Position numbers and translations under genes: made by a program
Part shown: positions 41,701 to 51,822 of the stretch, piece by piece
How positions within the stretch are numbered: position 1 is the first letter of the stretch
How the letters are laid out: the number at the start of each line of letters is the position of its first letter
Assembly: GCF_006345805.1 (NCBI RefSeq)
Contig: NC_042997.1
Location: forward strand, 136,834,001-136,898,000
DNA length: 64,000 nucleotides
Reading direction: 5' to 3'
Source: Octopus sinensis
Lineage: Eukaryota
The notes under the pieces: model-generated
What the model was told of the DNA's origin: nothing
Database searches by the model: none
The model's input: only the letters and a program-made list of their open reading frames with translations

Positions 41701-44700
41701 TGGACGCGCACGTGTGTGTGTGTGCACGTGTGGGTGTGTGTGCGTGCTTGTGCATGCGTATGTGAGAGAGAAAGAGAGAGAGTGAGTGAGTGAGTGAAGG
41801 TGTGTGTCATGATGATTGATGTCTTTTAAGGTACACACACATAGAAAATGTGACGTCATCATATAACATTTTTACCACGAGTTTCCCAATGTTGTTATAT
41901 CCATTTTCTTCTCCTATATAACCTAAACTTCCGTGTACCAGCCAAACCACCTGCTACCATACAACCTTGCAAAAGACTGTACCTACCCAGGTAACAACCA
42001 GGAGTGACTCTGGATTTAATTATCCCTTAGAAGTATTAAATCCCTCTAACTGATACCTATACTATATATGTATATATATATCTATATCTATCTATATATG
42101 TGAGTGGATTTCGTACTCAGAAACTGAAAGAAGACTGTCGTATGTATGTGTATATTTGTGTATGTGTGTCCCTCTGTCTTGTGTTTGTACCCCCACCATT
42201 TGTTGCTGTGTTTACATTCCTGTAACTTAGCGGTTTGGTAAAAGACACTGACAGAATGTGTACTAGGCTTACAAAGAATAAATCCAGTGGTTGATTTCTT
42301 CAACCATGGTGCTCCAGCACCCCAGCAGTCCCATGACTGAAACAAGTAAAACAATAAAAATATATATATTATATATACACACACACACACAGCACACACA
42401 TGTATGGGTCTGAGTGTTTTAAAATCTGTGCTGATATTTATAGATGATAGATGAAAACACTGCAAATACTCTTTGATGAAAGTCCTTTGTAATGAATTAC
42501 AGATGCTCACTTGTCATTCTTAACATCACAAATTCAACAAACCAATAATGAGCCCATTGGAAACCTGTTACTAAAGATATATTGTTCACAAATTGGGATT
42601 ATATTTTAAATTCAAGTAACACTCTAAAATACAATGGCTGTAAAGTTAAGATGCTGGTCTACCAACTGCAAGTCATAAGTTGAGATCTTATCAAAGACAT
42701 TGTATTGAGCTGTTGTGCTCCCCCAACAAAGATCATAATTTTGGTTGCCAAAATCACAATGTTATTTCTTACTTCTTAATTAAGTGGTTATATATCATCA
42801 TCATCATTGTTTAACGTTCGCTTTCCATGCTAGCATGGGTTGGACAATTTTGACTGAGGGCTGGTGAACCAGATGGCTGCACCAGGCTCCAATCTTGATC
42901 TGGCAGAGTTTCTACAGCTGGATGCCCTTCCTAATGCCAACCACTCCGAGAGTGTAGTGGGTGCTTTTTACGTGCCACCAGCTTTTAAAAAATTAGTAAA
43001 AGAAAATGTAAATCAAGCACAACATAAAATGAAACAATATAACTACAAATTGAAATGTTTTTTAGTTTGGGGTTTTTATTTGTTAAATAAATAAATTGCA
43101 ATTGACTTTTATGCTCTACTTGCAGCTGGCTCTTTTGTTTTGTTTGCAACTGCCAAGTGGATGATACTGTAACACACATAACAATGGAAGTAATAATTCG
43201 GTGTCTGGCTTTACCTGGAAACTATCAAGTAACAGTCAATGTAGGTGTTAGCTTTTCTCTGTTCCATTTCATGGTACTAAACATTTCATCATCATCACCA
43301 GTACCACTACCACTACCAGCACTACCGCTGCCACCACTATTATTTTTACACCCACTTTTCAAAACTTATTTTCTGTTACTGCTTTCTTAGATGGTTTAGG
43401 GATCATACCTCACTCATACTTACATTTTGTACATGGTTTCTATGGCTGGATTCCCTTCCTGTCATCAACTCCTTTGCAACTAGCACTACAATAAAATGCA
43501 TCCAATATACTTTACAGAGTATATTAGGTGCAGTTTATTGTAGCACTTGCAATAGAAAGGACGTCTAATCCCAATCATAACTCAAGAGTCCTCTATGCAT
43601 TACATTGTCTCTGTTCATTCCTTTGTTCAAGAGAACCAGAGAGATTGCCACATGTTCCTGGAAAGGTGTAATGAGAGTCTGCTTTTCTCTTCATTGTATC
43701 CTATTGATCATTATTTATAGTGATAAAAACATGAATGTAAATATAATTTCTTTAATTTCAAACATAGTGCTTCAAATCAGGTATGTACAAGATCCTGAAC
43801 CCAAATAGACTATTTCCTTAATGTTATAGCTGCTTAGTTGTAGATCATCCCTGATTGAACAGATTTATGATCAAAGATATTGCACTTAGGACTATCCTAT
43901 ATTTTACAGTATGCTTATCTAAATTGTCCTTTCACTTCCTAACACAGTTAAGTATTATTTGAGGGAAGTTTGGCTACTATTTATAGCAAGTTGAGCATCT
44001 TTTATTTTTTACAGATACAGTGCATGAAGCACTTTATAATCCAATGTGTTTCTTTAAGATGGTAGGGTATGATTTGAGGTAGACATGACTGCAATTTCTC
44101 ATGGTTTTGTTTCCATCTAACTGTTTCTCAATTTTTTTTCCTTCATAAAATGAAATCTCTTTTGAATGTAACTCCAGCAGTTGGTAAAGTTTAAAATTTC
44201 TATTATTTTACCTATTACTTTTAGCTCCAACAAAAAACAATTGAAGGTTTATTACCAGGAAATAATTCTGATGATGTAAGTAATACATACCACTTATTTA
44301 CCATTAATAATGATTCTATTGTTTTGTAATAGGGATGTTATCAAATTAAAGTAATTATATACAGTTGGCACAAAGTGAAAGCTAACTGTTAAATAAGTTA
44401 ACGAGCAATTAAACCTATATAACTGGTAGTCTTGCCAAATAATTTACCCTTAACCTATTGCACCAGTTTTTATATTTGTTTGTCAAGCTTCAGTAATTAA
44501 TTTGTATAAATCAAGAAATTTTGTTCCTGCATTCTGCAAATTCTACTCTCAACAGCTATGGTGAAAGGTATACCCATGTGGTTAAGATATCTGCGTTACA
44601 ATTAAAAGGTGCTGGTTTTGATCCCATTGCATTGCAACATGGATAAGGGTCATCTACTATAGTCTTGAGTTGACCAAAGCCTTACGAGTGTAAATTGGAT

Positions 44701-45135
44701 TGACAGAGAGTGTGCACATACCAACTGATGGACTGTAACTATTATCAAGTGGTATATTTAATCCATCAATCAAGCCCTCAGATATCTTTAGTATAGTTTT
44801 CTTTGTTGTAAGCATTCAAACCAGTTCAGTTTTTCCTCCATTTCTCCACCAGTTTCAGAGGCTTTGCAAAAAGGTCATTAGATCAAAAGGGTGCAGTATT
44901 GGCATTAGAGCATACTTAAATTATTATTCTAAAAACTAGAGGCAATCCCATTTTCATCATATGAATTGTGTTTATTTGAATTATTTTGTTTATTTATTTT
45001 TATCTTTAGGGTTATGATGTCTCTACAGTCCTTGGTCAGCAACTTGGTCCTCTGACATGTCTTCTGAAAAAGCACAATAATTTACCGAGAAAGCAAATTT
45101 CAGAATTTTATCTGGAAGAGATTCAGCTCATCTAA
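11911..45135 (+). CDS. SPIDR: Scaffold protein involved in DNA repair (SPIDR/KIAA0146 homologue); 21 coding exons, 2949 nt, 982 aa
   Basis: All introns GT-AG with matching phases. SPIDR-like motifs occur in order: WQRCGDDF, EDIIWSSS, KASNW, GLAAKLLRFQAR, IYPPWQ...LLCTNHC, LVEDTQG, FSIIDTTW, PGFCY, LYVTD, QGVIYSVDQDKAVIWQTCPKC...CFVC, LQQKTIEGLL, YDVSTVLGQQLGPLTC...LEEI. Exon 1 is the least certain. Confidence 0.9.
13245..13652. mobile_element. Degenerate MITE with imperfect TIRs and TAACCC motifs, in SPIDR intron 1
   Basis: TTTTCGGATACGG...AAAAATCGGCATT at left mirrors AATGTCGATTTTT...CCGTAGTCGAAAA at right. Confidence 0.55.
14530..14916 (+). mobile_element. tRNA-derived SINE family 1, full length
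   Basis: Closely similar to 3814-4192 and 32403-32812. Confidence 0.9.
14938..15255 (-). mobile_element. Older RTE 3'-end copy
   Basis: (CAT)n followed by a degenerate TTTAACATCTGTTTTC...GGGTTGGATGG tail. Confidence 0.65.
16174..16396 (+). CDS. SPIDR: SPIDR exon 2 (ASSDEDI...WQRCGDDF...EESI)
   Basis: ttttatag / gtaagt, phase 0 to 1. Confidence 0.85.
16443..16602 (+). mobile_element. Short RTE 3'-end copy
   Basis: TACACTCTCGGAGTGGTTGGCATTAGGAAGGGCATC...CCATGCTAGCATGG...(GAT)n. Confidence 0.85.
18350..18515 (+). CDS. SPIDR: SPIDR exon 3 (LSQEDIIWSSSDEE...)
   Basis: tatttcag / gtaaga, phase 1 to 2. Confidence 0.85.
18871..19952 (+). mobile_element. Non-autonomous Helitron-like element with a duplicated 3' region
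   Basis: 5' TATA-rich start with (TCTG)n; 3' hairpin CCTGGTA...TACCAGG then CTAG|T at 19949-19953; ~19385-19625 repeated at ~19630-19930. Confidence 0.6.
20078..20749 (-). mobile_element. RTE LINE 3' end (ORF terminus plus full 3' UTR)
   Basis: Homologous to 51821-52440; flanked by TG and TA microsatellites. Confidence 0.88.
20947..21148 (+). CDS. SPIDR: SPIDR exon 4 (VKHEKIRK...SNLQCQ)
   Basis: tttgttag / gtaatt, phase 2 to 0, open frame. Confidence 0.75.
21841..21927 (+). CDS. SPIDR: SPIDR exon 5 (SGVTIEDFPSDEE...KKKN)
   Basis: tttctag / gtaagt, phase 0 to 0. Confidence 0.8.
22490..22830 (+). mobile_element. tRNA-derived SINE (family 2)
   Basis: TGGCTCAGTGGTTAGAGTG A-box, AGTTCAATTCC B-box, TGTGTTTTTGAGCAAGACA core. 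Confidence 0.65.
22919..23136 (+). CDS. SPIDR: SPIDR exon 6 (TTNSD...KASNWVEII...DSAKKKRKYV)
   Basis: tttttcag / gttggt, phase 0 to 2. Confidence 0.85.
24063..24340. repeat. Near-perfect inverted repeat: 111-bp arms, 56-bp loop, 3 differences
   Basis: 24063-24173 is the reverse complement of 24230-24340. Confidence 0.95.
24435..24526 (+). CDS. SPIDR: SPIDR exon 7 (NGLAAKLLRFQARSR...)
   Basis: ttccag / gtattt, phase 2 to 1. Confidence 0.85.
25532..25739 (+). CDS. SPIDR: SPIDR exon 8 (CSEMLTVSIE...VQIYPP)
   Basis: gaatag / gtaagt, phase 1 to 2. Confidence 0.88.
26467..26636 (+). CDS. SPIDR: SPIDR exon 9 (QELSL...LLCTNHC...WNCPCSS)
   Basis: ttgatag / gtatgt, phase 2 to 1; completes the PPWQ motif. 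Confidence 0.88.
26870..27057 (+). mobile_element. Short, young RTE 3'-end copy with TSD GAATCT
   Basis: GAATCT at 26864-26869 and 27058-27063; tail nearly identical to 7960-8149. Confidence 0.9.
27620..28345 (+). mobile_element. Decayed CR1-type LINE 3' fragment
   Basis: Remnant motifs LEAVQRCATR and RNIFFTFRIVKIGNKL. Confidence 0.55.
28613..28677 (+). CDS. SPIDR: SPIDR exon 10 (GSLKQCPANACPSLTKCPTLF)
   Basis: gtgacag / gtaagt, phase 1 to 0; required to reconcile the flanking phases. Confidence 0.75.
29688..29932 (+). CDS. SPIDR: SPIDR exon 11 (ASNSQP...ILDSIQ...ATILRVF...)
   Basis: ttgcag / gtttgt, phase 0 to 2. Confidence 0.85.
30316..30480 (+). CDS. SPIDR: SPIDR exon 12 (WSVLVEDTQGTVSLVHL...GMRVLSR)
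   Basis: tttcag / gttaag, phase 2 to 2. Confidence 0.87.
30770..30925 (-). mobile_element. Degenerate RTE 3'-end copy preceded by a (TAG)n(CAG)n microsatellite
   Basis: TTTAACGTC...CCATGCTGG...GGCTGGATGCCCTTCCTAAC. Confidence 0.7.
31190..31313 (+). CDS. SPIDR: SPIDR exon 13 (DPDLFSIIDTTW...)
   Basis: tttttag / gtaaga, phase 2 to 0. Confidence 0.87.
32146..32283 (+). CDS. SPIDR: SPIDR exon 14 (NTPGFCYEI...DFQQK)
   Basis: cttcag / gtttgt, phase 0 to 0. Confidence 0.85.
32403..32812 (+). mobile_element. tRNA-derived SINE family 1, full length
   Basis: Same head, core and tail as the copies at 3814 and 14530. Confidence 0.9.
32841..33713. mobile_element. Mariner-derived foldback element made of two converging 5' ends
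   Basis: TIR CATGGTCTGATCAATAAGTATCC / GGATACTTATTGATCAGATCTTA with TA flanks; transposase N-terminal remnants on both strands (EQRIRIQFCQKLG on +; VYEWFKCF...RITIRNL...LGMRCMSVKFV on -). Confidence 0.8.
33772..34237 (+). mobile_element. RTE LINE 3' fragment
   Basis: GRPRKTWDEVLTNDF terminus, ~24-bp repeats in the UTR, (GAT)n tail. Confidence 0.8.
34761..34823 (+). CDS. SPIDR: SPIDR exon 15 (VNEYVGQRVTFIGKLVYNWSK)
   Basis: tttcag / gtcaga, phase 0 to 0. Confidence 0.8.
35432..35612 (+). CDS. SPIDR: SPIDR exon 16 (CEADQ...LYVTDSS...IKDVLIQQ)
   Basis: tttttcag / gtaagt, phase 0 to 1. Confidence 0.85.
36461..37270 (-). mobile_element. Decayed RTE LINE ORF fragment (N-terminal half of the RT)
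   Basis: IPNDWCSSMIVNCYKGKGDALDRNIYRGIQLL, DLEKVFDR, GVHQ...LSLLIFIIVLQAITE, with stops and internal deletions. Confidence 0.88.
38148..38327 (+). CDS. SPIDR: SPIDR exon 17 (NFAIVDRFSRIW...LVKVQ)
   Basis: ttttcag / gtaagt, phase 1 to 1. Confidence 0.85.
38563..38772. mobile_element. piggyBac-type MITE
   Basis: TTAA|CCCTTTCATTAC ... GTAACGAAAGGG|TTAA. Confidence 0.85.
39901..40000 (+). CDS. SPIDR: SPIDR exon 18 (GVIYSVDQDKAVIWQTCPKC...)
   Basis: caacag / gtgatt, phase 1 to 2; first CxxC of the C-terminal zinc ribbon. Confidence 0.87.
40060..40268 (+). mobile_element. tRNA-derived SINE (family 3)
   Basis: TGGCAAAATTGTTAG A-box, GAGTTCAAATTCC B-box, GTCAACTTTGCCTTTCATCCTTTTGGGGTTGATAAAAT central domain. 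Confidence 0.65.
40320..40470 (-). mobile_element. SINE family 1 head, inverted
   Basis: Reverse complement of 32403-32545. Confidence 0.8.
40735..40952 (+). mobile_element. Mariner MITE retaining only the transposase C-terminus; partial second copy at 45645-45823
   Basis: TIRs GTGCTGAAAGGTTCTTGGCTTT / AAAGCCAGGAATTTTTCAGCAC; WLEAQP..FLQGLEKL..CNK...EYVE*. Confidence 0.8.
42100..42360 (+). mobile_element. SINE family 1, headless degenerate copy
   Basis: GTGAGTGGATTT...AAACTGAAAGAAG...GACTGAAACAAGTAAAA. Confidence 0.75.
42796..42982 (-). mobile_element. Short RTE 3'-end copy
   Basis: (CAT)n followed by the conserved tail. Confidence 0.87.
43126..43240 (+). CDS. SPIDR: SPIDR exon 19 (WLFCFVCNC...MEVIIRC...VTVN)
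   Basis: ttgcag / gtaggt, phase 2 to 0; second CxxC. Confidence 0.87.
44225..44275 (+). CDS. SPIDR: SPIDR exon 20 (LQQKTIEGLLPGNNSDD)
   Basis: tttttag / gtaagt, phase 0 to 0. Confidence 0.85.
45010..45135 (+). CDS. SPIDR: SPIDR last coding exon (GYDVSTVLGQQLGPLTC...LEEIQLI*)
   Basis: ctttag acceptor, TAA at 45133-45135, AATAAA at 45146 and further downstream. Confidence 0.88.
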   Translation, partial: GYDVSTVLGQQLGPLTCLLKKHNNLPRKQISEFYLEEIQLI

Positions 45136-45824
45136 GAACAATTAAAATAAAAAATTATCAACATTCAACAGTTACATACAACATTTTGTATTTATCATTC
45201 ATAATTAGACATGTATCATTGAATTGCTTCAATAATTTGACATTTAAATACTATGTATTTTTAAACTAAACAATTGACAAATATATCACTTTGCAATGTT
45301 TTAAATTTGTTGTTTAATATTACAAACATTATGCTCACATCATTTTCACCATGTTTTTCATTCATATTCAAGAAAAATTAATTTTCCTTGGGATCATCCC
45401 TCATTCTTGTGGCATTATCATTCACATTAGGTCACAAGAGAAAATATATTTTTTTACATCTTATTTTTATTTCATTTTGCATTTTACTTTGAGATAAGTA
45501 ATAAAATGAATTTATTTGCTTTTAAATAAACAATATAAAATATTAGCAAAATTTTTAAACACTAATTTTCCAAAATATGTGCTATAAATATACAATAAAC
45601 AATACAATAACAAGAAATTGATTAATATTAGTTTTGATTGCAAAAGGGTTGGTTGGAGGCCCAACCCTTCAAGTTCTTTTACAGGGCATAGAAAAACTGA
45701 AGGACTCCTGCAATAAATGTGAAAATCAGAGAGAGGAATATATTGAATAAAACTATAACAACGAGCTGATCCTCTTGTATTTTCTTTTACTCAAAGCCAA
45801 GGAACTTTTCAGTACCCCTTCATG

Positions 45825-45910
45825 TGTATATATATATGTATATATGTATATATATATGTATATATGTATATATATATATGTATATATATATATGTATATA
45901 TGTATATATC

Positions 45911-45963
<53 letters not shown>

Positions 45964-46059
45964 GTATATATATATGTAATATATATATGTATATATGTAT
46001 ATATATGTAATATATAATATATATTATATATATATATTATATGTATATATATATATATG

Positions 46060-46139
<80 letters not shown>

Positions 46140-46244
46140 TATACATATATATATATACATATATATATACATATATATATACATATATATATATATATAA
46201 CATATATATATATAACATATATATATATACATATATATATATAC

Positions 46245-46294
<50 letters not shown>

Positions 46295-46350
46295 TATATA
46301 TACACATATATATTATATATATACATATATATATATAATATATATATACA

Positions 46351-46391
<41 letters not shown>

Positions 46392-46428
46392 CATATATAT
46401 ATTACATATATAATATATATATATAATA

Positions 46429-46493
<65 letters not shown>

Positions 46494-46582
46494 CATATAT
46501 CATATATATATATACTATATATATACATATATATATACATATATATATACATATATATATATACATATATATATATAATATA

Positions 46583-46615
<33 letters not shown>

Positions 46616-46680
46616 CATATATATATAACATATATATATATACATATATACATATATATAACATATATATATATATATAC

Positions 46681-46711
<31 letters not shown>

Positions 46712-46843
46712 CATATATATATACATATATATATATATATACATATACATATTATAATATATACATATATATATAATATATACATATATAATACATATAT
46801 ATATATATATACATATATATAATATATATACATATATATATAC

Positions 46844-46878
<35 letters not shown>

Positions 46879-46891
46879 CATATATATATAC

Positions 46892-46922
<31 letters not shown>

Positions 46923-47408
46923 CTAATATATACATATATATATATATATACATATATATACATATATATATATACATATATATATATACATATATATACA
47001 TATATATATACATATATATACATATATATATATACATATATATACATATATATATATACATATATATACATATATATATATACATATATATACATATATA
47101 TATATACATATATATACATATATATATATACATATATATACATATATATATATACATATATATACATATATATACATACATATATACATATATATACATA
47201 CATATATATACATATATATATATACATATATATATATACATATATATACATAATATATATACATATATATATATACATATATATACATATATATATATAC
47301 ATATATATACATATACATATATATACATATATATACATATATATACATATATATATATACATATATATACATATATATATATATACATATATATATACAT
47401 ATATATAC

Positions 47409-47479
<71 letters not shown>

Positions 47480-47484
47480 CAATA

Positions 47485-47566
<82 letters not shown>

Positions 47567-47595
47567 CATATATAATATACATATATATAATATAT

Positions 47596-47641
<46 letters not shown>

Positions 47642-47646
47642 TATAT
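45825..47646. repeat. ~1.8-kb interrupted (TA)n microsatellite
   Basis: Direct reading; G-interrupted up to ~46075, C-interrupted afterwards. Confidence 0.97.
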
Positions 47647-49429
47647 GATTGATTGATTGATTGATTCCAGTTCCAGCCTATGAGCTGTGGCCATGCTGGG
47701 GCACCGCCATTTGGTGTTGCTACTTGGTTTTACTTCATGGAGGCTTTCTAGCAACTGCTATTTGGTGCATGAGAGAGTTCGATGCAGCTGCCCTCATCTG
47801 CCCCTCCTGCCGTGAAGTTGGTTCATCTGGGACACCTGACAGGAAGAGATCCAGCTTCATTTTAAAGACATCTGTATCCACCCCATGCAGGTCTCTCAGG
47901 TTCTTCGGGAGGATATTGAAGAGCTGTGGGCCTCGGAAGCCCAGGCTATCACAGAATCTTGTCCTACATCTTGATGGCAGGTTTGGAGTCCTAGGCACCA
48001 CGCAGTGGCGCCCAGTTCTGGCATTTGTGTAACTCTCGATGCCAAAGTTCAGGACACTTCCCTCCAGGATCTTCCAGATGTATATTATGGCATATCTTTC
48101 CCGCCTACGCTCCAGGGAGTATAATTTTAATCTCTTGAGTCTTTCCCAGTAGCTTACATTCTGCATAGAGGCTATCTTCTTTGTGTAGCTTCGTTGGATC
48201 GCCTCAAGTTCTGTGATCAACTTGACACTGGATGGTGACCATAGCTGAGAGCAATAGTCAAAGTGGCTTAGGACAAGTGTCTTCCAGAGGACCATCATGG
48301 TTTCTTGTTCTCTTGTTCTAAAGGTTCTAAGAATCCAGCCAGCCAGCCGTCTACATTTCACTGTCAGTTTAGCAACATGTACATGAAAGGTCGCGTCATC
48401 ACTCATGTGATACCCAGTCACGCACTGATTGTGCCTCTGGGATTGCAATCCCTCCGGGTCCAGTGTATTCATTGGGTATTGCATTCAATTTTGCATGCTG
48501 ATAGTATAAAGCTTGAAACTTTCCAGCATTGAACTGCATGCTATTCTTTTCAGCCCACTTGTATATTTCGTCCAGCTCACATTGCAGGTTTTTAGTGTCC
48601 TCAGGGTTCTGTATTGCCTGTGAAACTTTTGTATCATCTGCATAACTTGTGATCGTGGATCTCTGCGTGCTGAGGGCATGTCTGAGAGGGCCATTATGAA
48701 CAGTAGTGGTCCCAAAACAGTGCCCTGTGGAACACCACTCATTATTTGCGTGTTAATGGAAGTGGCCCCATTGGCTACTACCACCTGACTTCTATTCTTC
48801 AGAAAGTCGTGAAGCCATTCTCCTAGTTTTCCAACTATGCCAAGATCACGCAGCCTGTGACATATCATTCCGTGATCGACTTTATCGAAGGCCTTTGCGA
48901 AGTCGAGATATATGACTTCCACATTTGAGTGGTTGAGCAGTTGTTTCAGCACCCAGTCATAGTGCTGCAGGAGCTGAGTTAAGCAGCTTCTTCCTGGTCG
49001 GAAACCATGCTGGGTGTCAGGCAGCAAGTCATTTTCTTCAAGGAAGGTGATTAGTTTCCTTCTGACTATTCGTTCCATGACCTTGCTGATGTGTGAGGTC
49101 AGAGAGATAGGTCTGTAGTTCTTTGCCTCCGCTCTGCTACCTCCTTTATGAATAGGGCATATTTTACCTTCCTTCAGTCCCCTTGGAAGTTTGCCAGCTG
49201 CAAGGAAGCTCTGAAAGAGGGACTGCAGTGGTCTTGCTAAGACTCTCTTACATACTTTTAGGAGGATTGCCGGGAATCCATCGGGGCCAGTAGCTGAGTC
49301 TATTTTCATTTCATCTATAGCCTTTATTACATCGTCTTCCTTTATCTCGATGTAACTTATCGTCGCCACCTCTGATTCTATATCTGCAGTGGTAAAGAAG
49401 TCAGTTGGATTGCTGATTTGGAAATGCCC
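47647..49429 (-). mobile_element. 5'-truncated CR1-group LINE (RT and C-terminus, two frameshifts) with a (TCAA)n tail
   Basis: [53 protein letters not shown] (other frame, ~48640), YSLERRRERY. Confidence 0.92.
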
Positions 49430-49470
<41 letters not shown>

Positions 49471-49491
49471 CATATATTATATATATATATA

Positions 49492-49553
<62 letters not shown>

Positions 49554-49571
49554 AATATATATATATATATA

Positions 49572-49602
<31 letters not shown>

Positions 49603-49612
49603 CATATATATA

Positions 49613-49650
<38 letters not shown>

Positions 49651-49865
49651 ATATTATATATATATATATAACTATATATATATATATTACATATATATAT
49701 ATATATATATATACATATATACATATATATATATATACATATATACATATATATATATACATATATATATATACATATATATATATACATATATATATAT
49801 ACATATATATACATATATATATATACATATATATACATAATATATATATACATATATATATATAC

Positions 49866-49912
<47 letters not shown>

Positions 49913-50007
49913 CATATATATACATATATATATATACATATATATACATATATATATATATACATATATATACATATATATATACATATATATACATATA
50001 TATATAC

Positions 50008-50039
<32 letters not shown>

Positions 50040-50048
50040 TATACATAT
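49430..50048. repeat. Interrupted (TA)n microsatellite
   Basis: Direct reading. Confidence 0.97.
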
Positions 50049-51110
50049 TGTTACGGGGGACCTCCGAACGAAAGCTGATACGGAATCCCTCACACAGGCC
50101 CGATCGATCAGCGAATGTCCGCCATGGAAACTCGGAGAGGAGAGAGATACAGCAACTACAACAACAGCCGCAAGAAGAGACACACAGGCAATCGAGAGAG
50201 ACACAAAGAAGGCAATTGGCCTACATTTAACGTACTAGTTTATAACACTTTATAATTGTTACAACATCAAATACATATCAGATACATCAAAGAGGAAATA
50301 CATGCAAGTAACAACACATCAAATGCAATAACAACAGCATTTAAAGAGTACATGTCGAATTAAACAACAAGTCAATACATTATACAGTCCGGAGACAACA
50401 GTTCTGTTTCAAATCACATTAACGTTACAGTTCAAAGGACATTAAAGGCATGTTCATTAAAGGCATGTTCATTAAAGACTACAACAGTCTCTCTCTTGCT
50501 TTAACAGTTCTGTAACACATATCAACACAGTTCACATTGTTCTTTTTACTGTCTCATTTCTTTTACATTTCAATACATCGATTCTTTTTCCTTCTTTTTC
50601 TTCACATATCAATACAACAATTCACGTACCGTTACATTAGCCTATGTCTCACATTGTAGTTCATCTCTCTTAACACTGCTAAATCCAACTGCCAACTGCT
50701 TGCCCTGAATTCCAAAAATGCCGACTGTTCGCGCTGATTCCCAAATGCCGACTGCTAAATCCAACTGCCAACTGCTCGCCTTGACTCCCAAATACCGACT
50801 GCTTTGTCACTACCCCAATCTCTCTGTCGCAATCTCCCTCTCTCTTAGCTCTGCAATACTCTCTGCCTGTCTTCCTCAGCCCCTCATCTTCTCACTCTAC
50901 TGTCATCTCTCATGACAAGCTCCCAGATTCCTTAATCTGTCTTCCTCAGCCCCTCATCCTCTCTCACTGTCTCTCACAAACTGAACTCTAATTCACCTGA
51001 CAAGGTCGGGGAGTTTCCCCAGAGCTAATTAATCAACCCGCATCTGGCAGAACAATGGATTCATCCCCAAAGTAGGTCGCCAGCTCTGTCCTTAAGTTGA
51101 ACTCACAACA
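50049..51110. mobile_element. Probable solo LTR (~1.06 kb)
   Basis: Discrete non-coding block bounded by TGTTAC... and ...ACAACA (TG..CA with short inverted termini) with internal short tandem duplications; no clean TSD. Confidence 0.6.
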
Positions 51111-51371
51111 ATCATCATCATCATCGTTTAGCGTCTGTTTTCCATGCTAGCATGGGTTGGACGGTTCTACTGGGGTCTGTGAAGCCAGAAGGCGTCATCA
51201 GGCCCAGTCAAATCTGGCAGTGTTTCTACGGCTGGATGCCCTTCCTAACACCAACCACTCCGTGAGTGTAGTGGGTGCTTTTTACGTGCCACCCACACAG
51301 GTGCCAGACAGAGCTGGCAAACGGCCACGAACGGATGGTGCTTTTTATGTGCCACCAGCATGGGGGCCAGG

Positions 51372-51373
<2 letters not shown>
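51111..51373 (-). mobile_element. Short RTE 3'-end copy, very similar to 51821-52084
   Basis: Same subfamily sequence, truncated at a (TA)n run. Confidence 0.88.
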
Positions 51374-51444
<71 letters not shown>

Positions 51445-51606
51445 TATACATATATATATATATATACATATATATACATATATATATATATATACATATA
51501 TATACATATATATATATATATACATATATATACATATATATAATATATATAATATATATACATATATATATACATATATATATATATATAATATATATAT
51601 ATATAG

Positions 51607-51665
<59 letters not shown>

Positions 51666-51710
51666 TATATACATATATATACATATATATATATATATAC
51701 ATATATATAC

Positions 51711-51742
<32 letters not shown>

Positions 51743-51777
51743 GTATATATATATATTATATATACACACACACACAC

Positions 51778-51820
<43 letters not shown>
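51374..51820. repeat. Interrupted (TA)n/(CA)n microsatellite
   Basis: Direct reading. Confidence 0.97.

Positions 51821-51822
<2 letters not shown>

Noticed and set aside
45135-47646. Functional link between a DNA-repair gene and the adjacent fragile (TA)n array
   Set aside because: TA arrays are common throughout this window; adjacency alone is not evidence
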